64,000 nucleotides of DNA from Mytilus edulis (taxonomy: Eukaryota): the NCBI RefSeq assembly GCF_963676685.1, contig NC_092344.1, positions 60,698,001 to 60,762,000 on the forward strand, given 5' to 3'. Below are positions 1 through 11,962 of the stretch, in pieces. The position numbers and the translations under genes are program-made. Position 1 is the stretch's first letter. Each line of letters starts with the position of its first letter. Under the pieces are notes generated by a model. The model was not told the origin of the DNA, ran no database searches, and worked only from the letters and a program-made list of their open reading frames with translations.

Positions 1-816
1 AATATTCATTTCACATGCCTATGAAAAATCTATAAATATGCAATCTTATATACAATATAATTCTTTATGCTGACATCGAAAGGAAATGTCTGTTAGAAAT
101 TTATTAGAGAAATCTAACAAAAAATATAATTCTAGTTTCGCAACATCTTATCTTTGAGAACAATCAATATTTTGATATTATTAGACTATGCGAACCGTCA
201 GTTATTTCATTTATAATTTCTCTTCATAAACATCCTTATCAAAGAAAAAGCAAAATAATTGTGTTCAGTTGGCAGACATAGAGATGGCGTTGATATTTGA
301 TTTGTTTAGGAATCCGTATTAACATTGATAATTTTGTTTTGTTTACAAATTATATTTGTTTCATTGATACTATAATTGTCTGGAATTTTCCCCAACCCAA
401 CATTCATAGAAATAATTGAAATATATTATTGAATATTTGTATGCACGATCAAATAATGTTTGGGAAGCAAATTCACAATCTCTGTATACTAAACCGAACT
501 TTTCTTGTAGTGGCGCAATGATGTTCGCGCGTTCTTATCTTCTGTGCTAAGATAGCTTGTTGGTTTACTGAAAATCTTCATCAGGATACAATCGAGCACT
601 GCTATCATAAAACTGTTTTTTTTTTTGGCAATTCCTCCAAAGGCGAATTTAGTCTTAAAATGATTAAATATATTCTCGATCAAAATAGTTGCATTTATAT
701 AAATTCATTTGCTAGCTAAACAACCACACCAAATACACTTTTTTTGCCACAGACGGGCTACCTTAACATTTGTTCTTAATTGGAGTAGTTGAAATGGTGG
801 TCTGATCCCTTCACTT

Positions 817-880
817 CATTCGTCTCAACTCGGCCGATTCCGTAAGGAGAGTAGCGGATTCTACCGAGGATTGCCGAATG
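817..880. mobile_element. 64-bp hairpin mini-element, copy 1, with 10-bp TSD
   Basis: Identical to 11900-11962 except a 5-nt loop and the first base. Flanked by direct repeat CCCTTCACTT (807-816, 881-890). Termini CATTCG...CGAATG are inverted repeats. Confidence 0.8.
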
Positions 881-1779
881 CCCTTCACTTATACGTATTG
901 CATGAAAAGGGATGACAAAGGATACCAAGTGGCAAATCAAATACCAGAAGTCGAAGAAAAGCATATACAATTGGTTAAGTTCACTTCATTTTGACTTGTT
1001 TGAAAATTTTCTCGATGCAAATCATTACACATCCCCTAATAATTTATACCACCATGACCTAAAGAAAAACAACCGACCACAAAACACTGAACAGAATTGC
1101 GGGTTAGTGGTATCTTTTTAACGATCCACCGCTTATCCATTGTATCAACTTAACATATTGAGCAACCAGAAACACACGAAAACCTAGGATATATTTTAAT
1201 TAGATGCCCCGGTAGAACAATCAGTATTTTCTTCACTACTGACACCCATCATGTTACTCATAGCAAGTAAACATCGAGAGGTAATATCGTGAAATGAGAG
1301 GCAATGCAATATCGTGAAACAACCCAATATTCTGAAATTCCTTCATTTTGATTATACATGTACCGATACAATTGTTTCTTCCATACATTGAACATATTAT
1401 ATTGTTCCACTGCATGTTGATTTTGATAGCGAAATCAACATCTGATTGGTTGAAACTATTCCACGTGACGTCGAAAAAAACTTCATATTCCCCTATGAAT
1501 GTCGGGATTGCCTTGAGCGACGTGAATCCACATGCAATGAAAATGTCACACAATCGGGAACTTGACAGAGTAATCTGGTATCTAAAGATTTACGTCCGCA
1601 AAAAAATGTAGCTAGCGAGTTGAGCTACATAAATTACGTATCGGTCAACTTGTAAGACTTGTTCAATTGGTTTATCAATTTGTGTTTTATGTAGACATTT
1701 TTAACCCCCTCTTACCATACATGCATTGAGCCACACATTCGTTTTTCTTTAAACTTCGCTTCTTTGAGAAGATTTTTGC

Positions 1780-1948
1780 GCCCGGAGAGAACCAGTGATC
1801 TTCAGTAGGAAATTTGAACATCTAAATCAATTAAGATTGGAGCCGAGCGTACCTGTCACGTGTGGTTTTCGAAATCACAACCTCAGTGTTGACAGCTGGC
1901 TAGTGATACATTACTTTGACTACATGTACTTAGACTAATAAGCCACCT
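1780..1948 (-). mobile_element. Decayed tRNA-headed SINE fragment
   Basis: The minus strand reads an A-box-like GGTGGCTTATTAGTCTAAG, then CACTAGC..GTCAACACTGAGGTTGTG and a B-box-like ATTTCGAAAAC. Related pieces lie at about 23270-23360, 36836-36970 and 41101-41240. Confidence 0.45.
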
Positions 1949-2727
1949 ATGTCCCGAACGGTTCAAAGAACAGAAAGTGACGGCAAAATATTACAGTATA
2001 ACGACTCGAATTGCCCCAAGATTTTATTTTTTTCTCTGCTCACACTCGGAGTCATAGGGAAACAAGCGAATCTTATCAACTAATAAAAATTTGGTGTGAC
2101 CATGTGTCAATATAATGCTTCCACGGTATGACCTAAGACCTACTTTTGAAGAATTAGAATATGATCCCCAAAGTTAAACAATATCGTTAATCAAATATTA
2201 AACGTGAAAAGGTGAGCAAAAAAGGATAAATTTGGTATCTATTGTGTTGAAGCGAAATACTACCACACTAAAGAAGCAATGTATTAGGTATATGATGACA
2301 AAAACACTACCAACTCATTTTGCTAAAAGGATTATTTCTTTGATATGGTGTATTAATAATAGATAGTAACGTATTGCATGTTTATCGACAGAACTATACA
2401 ATGGTATTATTAAAATCGAATGCTCGATGAATAATTTATCACTACACACTATTAATTGTATTGAAACCAAAGTCATACAAGCTTTTATATTAATATATGA
2501 TAGGTTCAACGGAATGACTTATCTTTGAGCTGTAAATGAATTTACAAATTATTCATATGATTAATAAAAAGATCACAAAATATATTCATGGTGATTTCAG
2601 TTTTCAACACCTTCTTTTTGTGTCGTTATTCATAAAGAAAACACATTGTGACATCATAACAACCACAATGACTGAACTGGGCGGTCTCTAGATGCAAAGC
2701 TTTCATTCCTTTATTTCTAAAGTTGAA

Positions 2728-3179
2728 TATAGAATGAAACTCAAAACAGTGTGGCTGTGGCCATTGATTGACACATTAAATTCATCCATTGACTGGGACA
2801 ATTTAGGTGAACGTTTGTATGTAACGACCACTGATCACTATGTACTTTTTAAAGACACGTAAACTATGGGGTCACCAAAGGTTCTCAACACCTTAATAAA
2901 GTAATTCGAAAAATTAATCAGAAATAACACGATGTTTTGATTTATATCAATTATATAATACAAAACATAAAAGGTTATTTCTGATTAATTTTTCGAATTA
3001 TTTTATAATTAAAGGCGTTAAGAAACCTTTGGTGACCCCACAGTTTAAATGTCTATCGTAGGTACGTCGTGAACAGTGGTCGTTACAGACAAACGTTCAC
3101 GTAAATTGTCCCAGTCAATGGATGAATTTAATGTGTCAACCAATGGCCACAGCCACACTGTTATGAATTTCATTCTATA
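2728..3179. mobile_element. Foldback MITE (about 450 bp, TA-flanked)
   Basis: Almost entirely palindromic (TAGAATGAAA..CAGTGTGGCTGTGGCCATTG / CAATGGCCACAGCCACACTG..TTTCATTCTA). A second copy lies at 16059-16604. Confidence 0.85.
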
Positions 3180-3253
3180 AGATTGCATTGTTCAATATGG
3201 TTCAATATTTTCACTGTTATGAACAACGGTACCAGTAACATCACTAAACGACT

Positions 3254-5178
3254 CCATAGTTAACACACCCTATAAAAAGAAATGAAAAAAAACCCTCTAA
3301 ACTGAGCTGTAGTTTCCTCGATATTGGTTGGGGTTTCCCCTTCATGGCCAGTAATATCATGCCTTTTGCAACAATTATACGGGTGACGTCTCTTTTGTTT
3401 TCGTGTTTTAGCAACGAAGCATAAATTTATAAGACCATTATATGCGAGTCGTGCTTTAATACTAGTAAGTACATCGGGTTAATTTTGAATTCGTTCTCAA
3501 TAAAAAAAAAATTCCGATATTTACATCATTAACAGTTACATGTATATGAATCGATGACAATTTACTGTAATCGAAAATAAACGTTTTGTCGATTCATCAG
3601 ATAATTTATCGCCATTCCCTAAATACGATGAATTGATTTATTAATTTGATGGTCAAAATAAAAAAAAAGATGATTTTGATTGAAGGTTATATATTTTTGT
3701 TTGTAATCGAAAAAATTTATATGAAAACATCATCAGTCAAAATTTTATTAAACAACAGCAATATTACTTTTGCAGAAGCTGATATTGGATTCATTGTAGC
3801 CTTCAAACACAGCAAGATTTCTTTCATCTGATGACATACTCATCAACATAAGACACACATCAACTCTTGTCATAGATTTGTTCTTTCTGCTTCAAGTACC
3901 CCATAGTAAACACACCCTACAAAAAGAAATGAAAAAAAATCTCTAAACTGAGCTGTAGTTTCCTCGATATTGGTTGGGGTTTCCCCTTCATGGCCAGTAA
4001 AATCATGCCTTTTGCAACAATTATACGGGTGACGTCTCTTTTGTTTTCGTGTTTTAAGCAATGAAGCATAAATTTATAAGACCATTATATGCGAGTCGTG
4101 CTTTAATACTAGTAAGTACATCGGGTTAATTTTGAATTCGTTCTCAATAAAAAAATTAATTCCGATATTTACATCATTAACAGTTGTATGAATCGATGAA
4201 AAATTACTGTAATCGAAAAAAAACGTTTTGTCGATTCATCAGATAATAATTTATCGCCATTCCCTAAATACGATGAATTGATTTATTAATTCGATGGTCA
4301 AAATAAAAAAAAAAGATGAATTTGATTGAAGGTTATATATTTTTGTTTGTAATCGAAAAAATTTATATGAAAACATCATTAGTCAAAATGTTATTAAACA
4401 ACATCAATTTTACTTTTGCAGAAGCTGATATTGGATTCATTGTAGCCTTCAAACACAGCAAGATTTCTTTCATCTTATGATATTATACTCATCAACATAA
4501 GACACACATCAATTCTTGTCATAGATTTTTCTTTCTGCTTCAAGTACCCCATAGTTAACACACCCTACAAAAAGAATTGAAAAAAAATCTCTAAACTGAG
4601 CTGTAGTTTCCTCGATATTGGTTGGGGTTTCCCCTTCATGGCCAGTAATATCATGCCTTTTGCAACAATTATACGGGTGACGTCTCTTTTGTTTTCGTGT
4701 TTTAGCAACGAAGCATAAATTTATAAGACCATTATATGCGAGTCGTGCTTTAATACTAGTAAGTACATCGGGTTAATTTTGAATTCGTTCTCAATAAAAA
4801 AATAAATTCCGATATTTACATCATTAACAGAATCGATGACAAATTACTGTAATTGAAAATAAACGTTTTGTCGATTCATCAGATAATTTATCGCCATTCC
4901 CTAAATACGATGAATTGATTTATTAATTCGATGGTCAAAATAAAAAAAAGATGATTTTGATTGAAGGTTTTATATTTTTGTTTGTAATCGAAAATTTTTA
5001 TATGAAAACATCATTAGTCAAAATGTTATTAAACAACATCAATATTACTTTCGCAGAAGCTGATACTGGATTCATTGTAGCCTTCAAACACAGCAAGATA
5101 TCTCTCATCTTATGATATACTCATCAACCTAAGACACACATCAATTCTTGTCAGAGCGTTTTTCTTTCTGCTTCAAGT
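3254..5178. repeat. Tandem repeat, 3 x about 647 bp
   Basis: Units start CCATAGTWAACACACCCTA at about 3254, 3901 and 4548 and are highly similar. Confidence 0.9.
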
Positions 5179-5250
5179 TGTCGATAAAGATATTTTTTTG
5201 GGGGAAGTAGGTTAAAAATTGAAAACAAAATCTTAAGAAACATATCTTAA

Positions 5251-6775
5251 GGGGACTCCTGGGTACAAATGATTTTTAACCGGATTTATGTGACAAAAAT
5301 GTCGGTTATTGATTTGGGGATGTACGGCGGGCGGGCGGGCGGTCGGGCGGGCGGTCGGTCGGTCGGGCGGGCGGTCGGTCGGTCGGGCGGGCGGGCGGGA
5401 ATCAAATGTTGTCCGTGCATTAACTCATGAACCGTTAACCGAAGCTTTTAAAATTTTAATATGTTGTTACTGACAACTAAATGAAGGTCAAGTTCAATAA
5501 TGGCGATTTTGACTTTTACCGTTCAGGAGTTATGGTTCTTGAAAGATTGAAAAATGGAGTTTCCAGTCGTGTCCGTGCATTAACTCATGAACCGTTCAAC
5601 CAAAGCTTTTAAAATTTTAATATGTTGTTACTGACAACTAAATGAAGGTCAAGTTCAATAATGGCGAGTTTGATTTTTACCGTTCAGGAGTTATGGTTCT
5701 TGAAAGATTGAAAAATGGAGTTTCCAGTCGTGTCCGTGCATTAACTCAGGAACCGTTCAACCAAAGCTTTTAAAATTTTAATATGTTGTTACTGACAACT
5801 AAATGAAGGTCAAGTTCAATAATGGCGATTTTGATTTTTACCGTTCAGGAGTTATGGTTCTTGAAAGATTAAAAAATGGTGTTTCGAGTCGTGTCCGTGC
5901 ATTTTCTCATGAACCATTCAACCAAAGCTTTTGAAATTTTTATATGTTGTTACTGATGACAAAATAGAGGTCAAGTTCAATAATGACGATTTTGACTTTA
6001 ACCGTTCAGGAGTTATGGTTCTTGAAAGATCGTAAAATGGCGTTTCCATTCACGTTGTTGCATTTACTCATGAACCATTCAATCTAAGCTTTTCAAATTT
6101 TAATATGTTGATACTGATGACAAAATGGAGGTCAAATTTGATATTGACGATTTTAACTTTCACATTCATCAGTAATGGTTCTTGTGATATTGCCAGGACA
6201 CAAATAAATGTTAATAAATCCGGTTTGCTGTCGTTGTGACAGCCTCTTGTTTTTTCTAATATAGGATTTCGCTATATTTTTTCATAAATAAACTTTATCA
6301 TATACTTAAAAGAAAAAAGAAATAAAAAAATGGGGTCACCGTTCATTTAAGCTAAAATCTGCCTCTGGAAGAAGCATACATTTTTGTTAATGTCCATTTT
6401 TTCTGTTGAACTAATAGGAGAAAAAGAGGAAATATCGAAATAAAAAAATAACCTAATATAAGAAATCGCTTAAATTTTACAATTATTTAGTTTATGTACA
6501 GCTTATTTGAAAACAATAATAAAAAATATAGGTCACAGATGAGTTAAAAAAGATATTTCAAATTTAAGGCCAAAAAATGGCATTTTTGCACCAAAGGGAG
6601 ATAATTTGGAGATTTTTCAATTTTTAAAGTCATCTGGGGCCAAACCAAATCATTTTTTTGGGTTGTTTTTTTGTACCATATCATAAAGTAACAACTAATA
6701 GTGTAATAAATATAATTTGTAAAGAAAAAATAAAGGTTTAATTTTTTGCTAAAATTTTTGTACCCACGAGCCACC
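5251..6775. mobile_element. Non-autonomous DNA transposon with TTAA TSD (Kolobok-like)
   Basis: TIRs GGGGACTCCTGGGTACAAA / TTTGTACCCACGAGCCACC, TTAA at 5247-5250 and 6776-6779. Interrupted by a nested HINE. Confidence 0.7.
5273..6250 (+). mobile_element. Helentron-associated element (HINE) with (GGGC/GGTC)n and about 5 x 160-bp internal satellite
   Basis: T-run start, subterminal IRs AACCGGATTTA / TAAATCCGGTT, microsatellite at about 5324-5400, 160-161 bp repeats, 3' palindrome GCTGTCGTTGTGACAGC then CTCTTGTTT. Confidence 0.8.
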
Positions 6776-7525
6776 TTAAGTCAGTTTTAACAACGTTAAC
6801 AATTATTGTTAAAAAGAAATACAAAAATAAGTCTAGATAAGAGAAAACAACATCCAGAAAACTTTCGTTCATTTCTTCAGAGGTATAACTTACTAGAAAC
6901 GTGTCTTAAGTTTTTAAACTATTCAGTCTTTCATTAAGATCTATTTGAGATTGGGAAAATATATAAGGTATTTGAAACATTATATACAAATCTTCATATC
7001 CCACTCTTATACCTTGTAAAATATACGAGAAATACATTTGCTTGTCGTGTTTCCCTTTTTTTTGTTCAGTATATACATAACTACGTATCATAAGTATAAT
7101 AAAAGATTTAGAGATCAGTAAATTGTATTGAGAAAGACTTATTTTTGTTATCATCATTGAAAAAAAAACGATCATCAAGACCATCTGTAAGTTAATTTTT
7201 ATTTCATTTATAGTTTAAACATATATAGTTTACTGTTCAGAAACTAAACACACAGATGAGACACAAGTTTTACAACTTAGTAATGTCTTCTTCATAGTTT
7301 GGAATTATTTATGTGCTACATTCAAAGGGTCGTACATTTCCCCATTTTATCATTTATATTATATGAAAAGATATTAACGATATTTCAAAATCAAATTACT
7401 TGCTTTTCAAAAAAGCGTGTGTTTACCTCCATCATTATAAAAGAGAAATTGTTCGGTAGTTTTTGCCTGATTTTTACATCGAGATAACCGTGAGGGCATT
7501 CCGATGTATTGTAATCGCCTAGATT

Positions 7526-9013
7526 TGCACACGTAACTTTCGTTTTAGGGTTTTATCCGATCTATAAACATGACAAATACACGGATATTAACTAGTGCAA
7601 GCTAACATTCCTTATCGTTTGTTATAAATACATCTCTTCAATGAATACAGATAAAAATATTTTTGTTTAGAAAATAAATTAATAATATGAAAAATGTTTT
7701 GTTGTAAAAAATCATTGGTAATATCTATGCACACGTACCGAAAAAATGTGTTTAAGCATACGGAAGAATCGCAAAAACGTTTTGCGACAATCCAGACAAG
7801 GACTGGTAACTCTGTAATTGTTTTTGCGGGAAAATATGAATGCCTACTCATATCCAATCTTTTAGAAAAATCGATTTTTTTACAAAAGAGTGTCCACCAT
7901 GCACTTGCACTGCACTATTATTAGAATAAAAAAATAGAATGAGATACAAATGGATGAAAATTATATATACATGTAACTGTTATATTAATATAATATATAA
8001 TTACAAACCAGTGTATACTGATTTATATCACTACAATATAATAGTTATTACTGTTAAGCTGAATTTCCTGTCATTTAATCATCATCCACGCACGAACTTA
8101 CTAGTCAGAAAGAAAAAAAAATCTGTACATTGACAGTTTCAGGTATATTTATGTTATTTTTTTCTGTGACAATTGCATTGAACAATCCACATGTACTTGC
8201 GGTCATCCGATGTTGACAGTTCAGTACTTCAGTTCTTTGATATTTACTTATTGAGTGATTTCTAAGGTACATGCATGCTCTTTTAATCTTAGCTTCACGT
8301 CACACACTCTTAGTAAACGGATGGACATCAAAATGCTCAAATGATTAAAATGAGTATTTGACAAACTGCTATATAGCCAATGTGATTATTCCTGTAAACT
8401 GTGTGGTTCATATTTCTTGAAATGTTTACCTTTTACAAATGCCAACATATTTGTTTGATTTGATGGAGACAATCGTTGTTCGTATTGCTTGACGCGAAAC
8501 AGCATATACATTAAACACTATTGAACCTACCAGGGATCGAATGTACGACCCCGTCCGCACTTGAGGCCTTGATCATGCTACAAAGTACCACGCGATCGTT
8601 TAAACCGAACAAGGTCAACGAAAAGAGAATAACCTAGAAATTTTATAAAAAAGAAGAAAAAAAAACAATACTAATAAATCAAATTCAAATTTAGTCATAT
8701 AGTTAAATAAATGATTATGACAAAAATATACATAGTTTTCATAAACAGAAAGAAAAATCCAAGATAAACAAATTTCTCCTAAAAAGAAAGAAAGTAAAAG
8801 ATATATATGTATCATTCATTTCAGAGCTTAAAAAAAGATACCGAGCTGTCACGGATTGAATCATACTCTATTTGAATGTCTCGTATACACAGAACTGTCC
8901 ATAATGGCGCATTAAATTTTTCAGTCTAGTGTGTACACTATATTTTTTTTTGATTTTGTGCGCAATGTCTTTGTTTAGTACTACTGATATTTAATTTTAA
9001 TTCTGATGCACAC
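7526..9013. promoter_or_regulatory. Cluster of four MRE cores (TGCRCNC)
   Basis: TGCACAC at 7526, 7728 and 9007; GTGCGCA at 8958. No linked gene identified. Confidence 0.3.
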
Positions 9014-9464
9014 CGTCAAAGTTTTTATTTATAATCCTTCCTGAAATTTTACCATTGCGTGTTAAATGATTTGTTTTCCAGCTTTCCTCTTAATATTTCC
9101 ACTTCTATTTTTTATCAGACGAAGATATATTTTATTCCTTATCAATCATTAACCACCAAGGGACTTTTATTGTAAGATTTTACTATAAAACTCTTTGATC
9201 TATAATTTTGCTTTTATTGTATGATCTTTTAAATAGATGAAATGCTCATATCAGTGACAAAACTTTAGTCGATTAATAACTAGACTACTTAGTCTTTGTA
9301 CTCCCAATTATCTAACCGATCCCGATTAATTTTCAACATTAAGTTTATCGTAAATCACGATGCTTTGTCATTCAATGGTTTAGAGTATTCTGATTTGGAA
9401 GTATCGAAATTAATAATATTTTTTCGTTGAAAAACACGATGTTATATCTTCATCATAATATATT

Positions 9465-9568
9465 TGGCCGGACAAATAGCGAAAAACCGTAAAAATGCTA
9501 TTTGTCCGGCTTGCCGGATGAATAGACATTTTTGACTATTTATCCGGCTAGCCGGACGAATAGCCACT
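9465..9568. repeat. Inverted-repeat MITE end remnant
   Basis: GCCGGAYRAATAG occurs several times in alternating orientation, ending GCCACTG. Confidence 0.5.
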
Positions 9569-10179
9569 GCCTTATACAAACATCAGCCACCAATTAGACA
9601 GTGCTTGTGTGTTGGAAAAAATAAATTGAAATGATGATTGTGACACGATTGTAATTTATCACTGGATTTATACTTGCATGAGTAGCACGATGGGTGCAAC
9701 GTATGAAACAGGAACTTATTGCCCTTCTGAAACTACTTTGTTCAACCTAGGTATATTGGAGTTTGCATTGATCAATATTAAGTTGTCTGTGTAATATTCA
9801 TCTATTGCTGTTTTTCGTTTTGTCGTTTTCATTTTATTGTCATTGTTTTGTCCGTTTAAATAGAACTTATAATTTTCAATTGCTCTCTGATATTTCTAGA
9901 ATTATAAATTTGAGTGAAATTTTAAATATGTATTAACAATATAAGTATAATGAGATGGCAAGTTCCTAGACCTAAGAACAATTTCATTATGGTTTTCCTA
10001 TGAAGTAGATGACGGAGGCAAATGAGACAACTAACTACTAGTGTTCAAATAAATTACATGTAAGCAGTAATGATCACTGTTCGACCTTCAACAATGCAAA
10101 AACATACCTTATGGTCGTCTGTAAGAGGCCTGGCATGAAAAATGTTAAATGAAATAAGAAAACATCGACATTATATTAT

Positions 10180-10400
10180 TGATATGCTTGATTTCGTGAA
10201 TGACAATATGTTTGCTACGTATGGACGACGTAAACATTATCAAACTATCAGCAGTCTAATGGGAATCAAGTGCGGAATGTTTTTTTTTTACTAATATGAG
10301 CTGACTTCATACAGATACTTCATAGGAAGAAAAGGAGTTAGCAATATCGTTTAACTTCACTCCGCTATAATGATAAATTTCTCTCACTAAATAATTCATA
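10180..10400 (+). mobile_element. Degraded Penelope-like reverse transcriptase fragment
   Basis: Frameshifted translation resembles the PLE RT core (MLDF..DN.F..YG...Y.QTI...MG..C ... LAISFNF). Further RT/thumb fragments lie on the minus strand at about 10575-10660 (PIVNFPFLCS.I.AAP.Y.VYI) and 11530-11720. Confidence 0.65.
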
Positions 10401-10691
10401 AAATCATTTTATTTATTTATAGGAGAGGCAAACGATAACAAGAAACATTCAAACTCACTCGACAATACACTGACAATGTCACGGCAAGGAAAGAAAAAGA
10501 AAATAAGACAAACAGCAATACACAAAACACAACATAGAAGCTAAAGACTGGGCAACACGAATCCCACCAAAACTGGTAGATATATACTACGTATGTAGGT
10601 GCTGCTGAAATTGTGCTACATAAGAATGGAAAATTCACAATTGGGATACTCAAATAGAATCGTATTATTTTATTATACAAGGTTCATATGC

Positions 10692-11480
10692 AATAAAATT
10701 GAGAAAGGAAATGGTGAATATGTCAAAGCGACAACCACCCGACCATAGAGCAAACAACAGCCGAAGGCAACCAATGGGTCTTCAATGCAGCGAGAATTCC
10801 CGCACCCGTAGGTGTCCCTCAGCCGGCCCCTAAAATATGCATAATAGTACAGTGACAATGGACGCCATACTAAACTCCGAATTATACACAAGAAACCAAA
10901 ATTTAAAATCATACAAGACTAACAAAGGCCAGAGGCTCCTGACTTGGGACAGGCGCAAAATTGCGGCGGGGTTAAACATGTTTATGAGATCTCAACCCTC
11001 CCCCTATACCTCTAGCCAATGTAGAAAAGTAAAAGAATAACAATACGCACATTAAAATTCAGTTCAAGAGAAGTCCGAGTCTGATGTCAAAAGATGTAAC
11101 AAAAGAAAATAAATAAAATGACAATAATACATAAATAACAACAGACTACTAGCAGTTAACTGACATGCCAGCTCCAGACCTCAATTAAACTGATTGAAAG
11201 ATTATGTCTTCATCATATGAATATCAGGTACAATCCCTCCCGTTAGGGGTTTAGTATCATACTATCATAAAATATATGAGAAGAACATAACCCGTGTCAT
11301 GCCAACAACTGTTTTTTTAGAAATAAATGTGTTTAGTTCCGATGCAAAGACCCTATCAGTGAATCAATGTTAAAGCCAAAATATGCAATCTTTAATGACC
11401 TGACAACAGTATCGTAACTATATCCCCTTTTAATAAGTCTATTTAAAGGTTTTGTTAGTTTCTGAGGAGAATACTGAAGT
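10692..11480 (-). mobile_element. 3' portion of a Penelope-like retroelement (thumb C-terminus plus tail)
   Basis: ORF 11333-11518 ends KLTKPLNRLIKRGYSYDTVVRSL..*. The tail is shared with 16477-16546 and 43822-43970, with decayed relatives at about 20480-20900 and 21770-22020. Confidence 0.6.
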
Positions 11481-11899
11481 ACGCATTCTGTAATTAGTCT
11501 CATTCGGTGATGTAACAAAAGAAAGAATGGAATTGTTATATCGACAATCAGAAGATATTCGTGGTCATATGTGACACAATTATGCCATAACGGTTAACCA
11601 AATCGTTTTGGCGTCCGTAAAATTTTCGATAGGATGACTTCATCAGCTTTCTTGTAAGCAGTAGCATCTACCAAGAAACATACCTTAAACGAAAATGCAA
11701 GCTCTGGAATATCGATCAACCAGCACATGAAGGCGTCTGTAAATTTTCTAGAGTCGTAAAAATGAGACTAGTGCTCTATTCACAGGCAGAAAATTTTTCA
11801 ACTTCTTAACAATTTATTTCTGTCAAGTATCAGATCTATATTCAACATACAGGTGATTTCATAAAAACACAATATTTTCAAAATTTCTTACTGAGCATA

Positions 11900-11962
11900 A
11901 TTCGTCTCAACTCGGCCGATTCCGTACCACCAGTAGCGGATTCTACCGAGGATTGCCGAATG
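11900..11962. mobile_element. 63-bp hairpin mini-element, copy 2, with 10-bp TSD
   Basis: Flanked by ACTGAGCATA (11890-11899, 11963-11972). Loop is CCACC instead of AGGAG. Confidence 0.8.

Noticed and set aside
845-849. Mini-element loops resemble Shine-Dalgarno (AGGAG) and Kozak (CCACC) motifs
   Set aside because: No appropriately placed ATG follows either, so probably coincidence.
6906-7184. ORF with a hydrophobic, signal-peptide-like start
   Set aside because: AT-rich low-complexity translation, with no convincing splice partner or homology.
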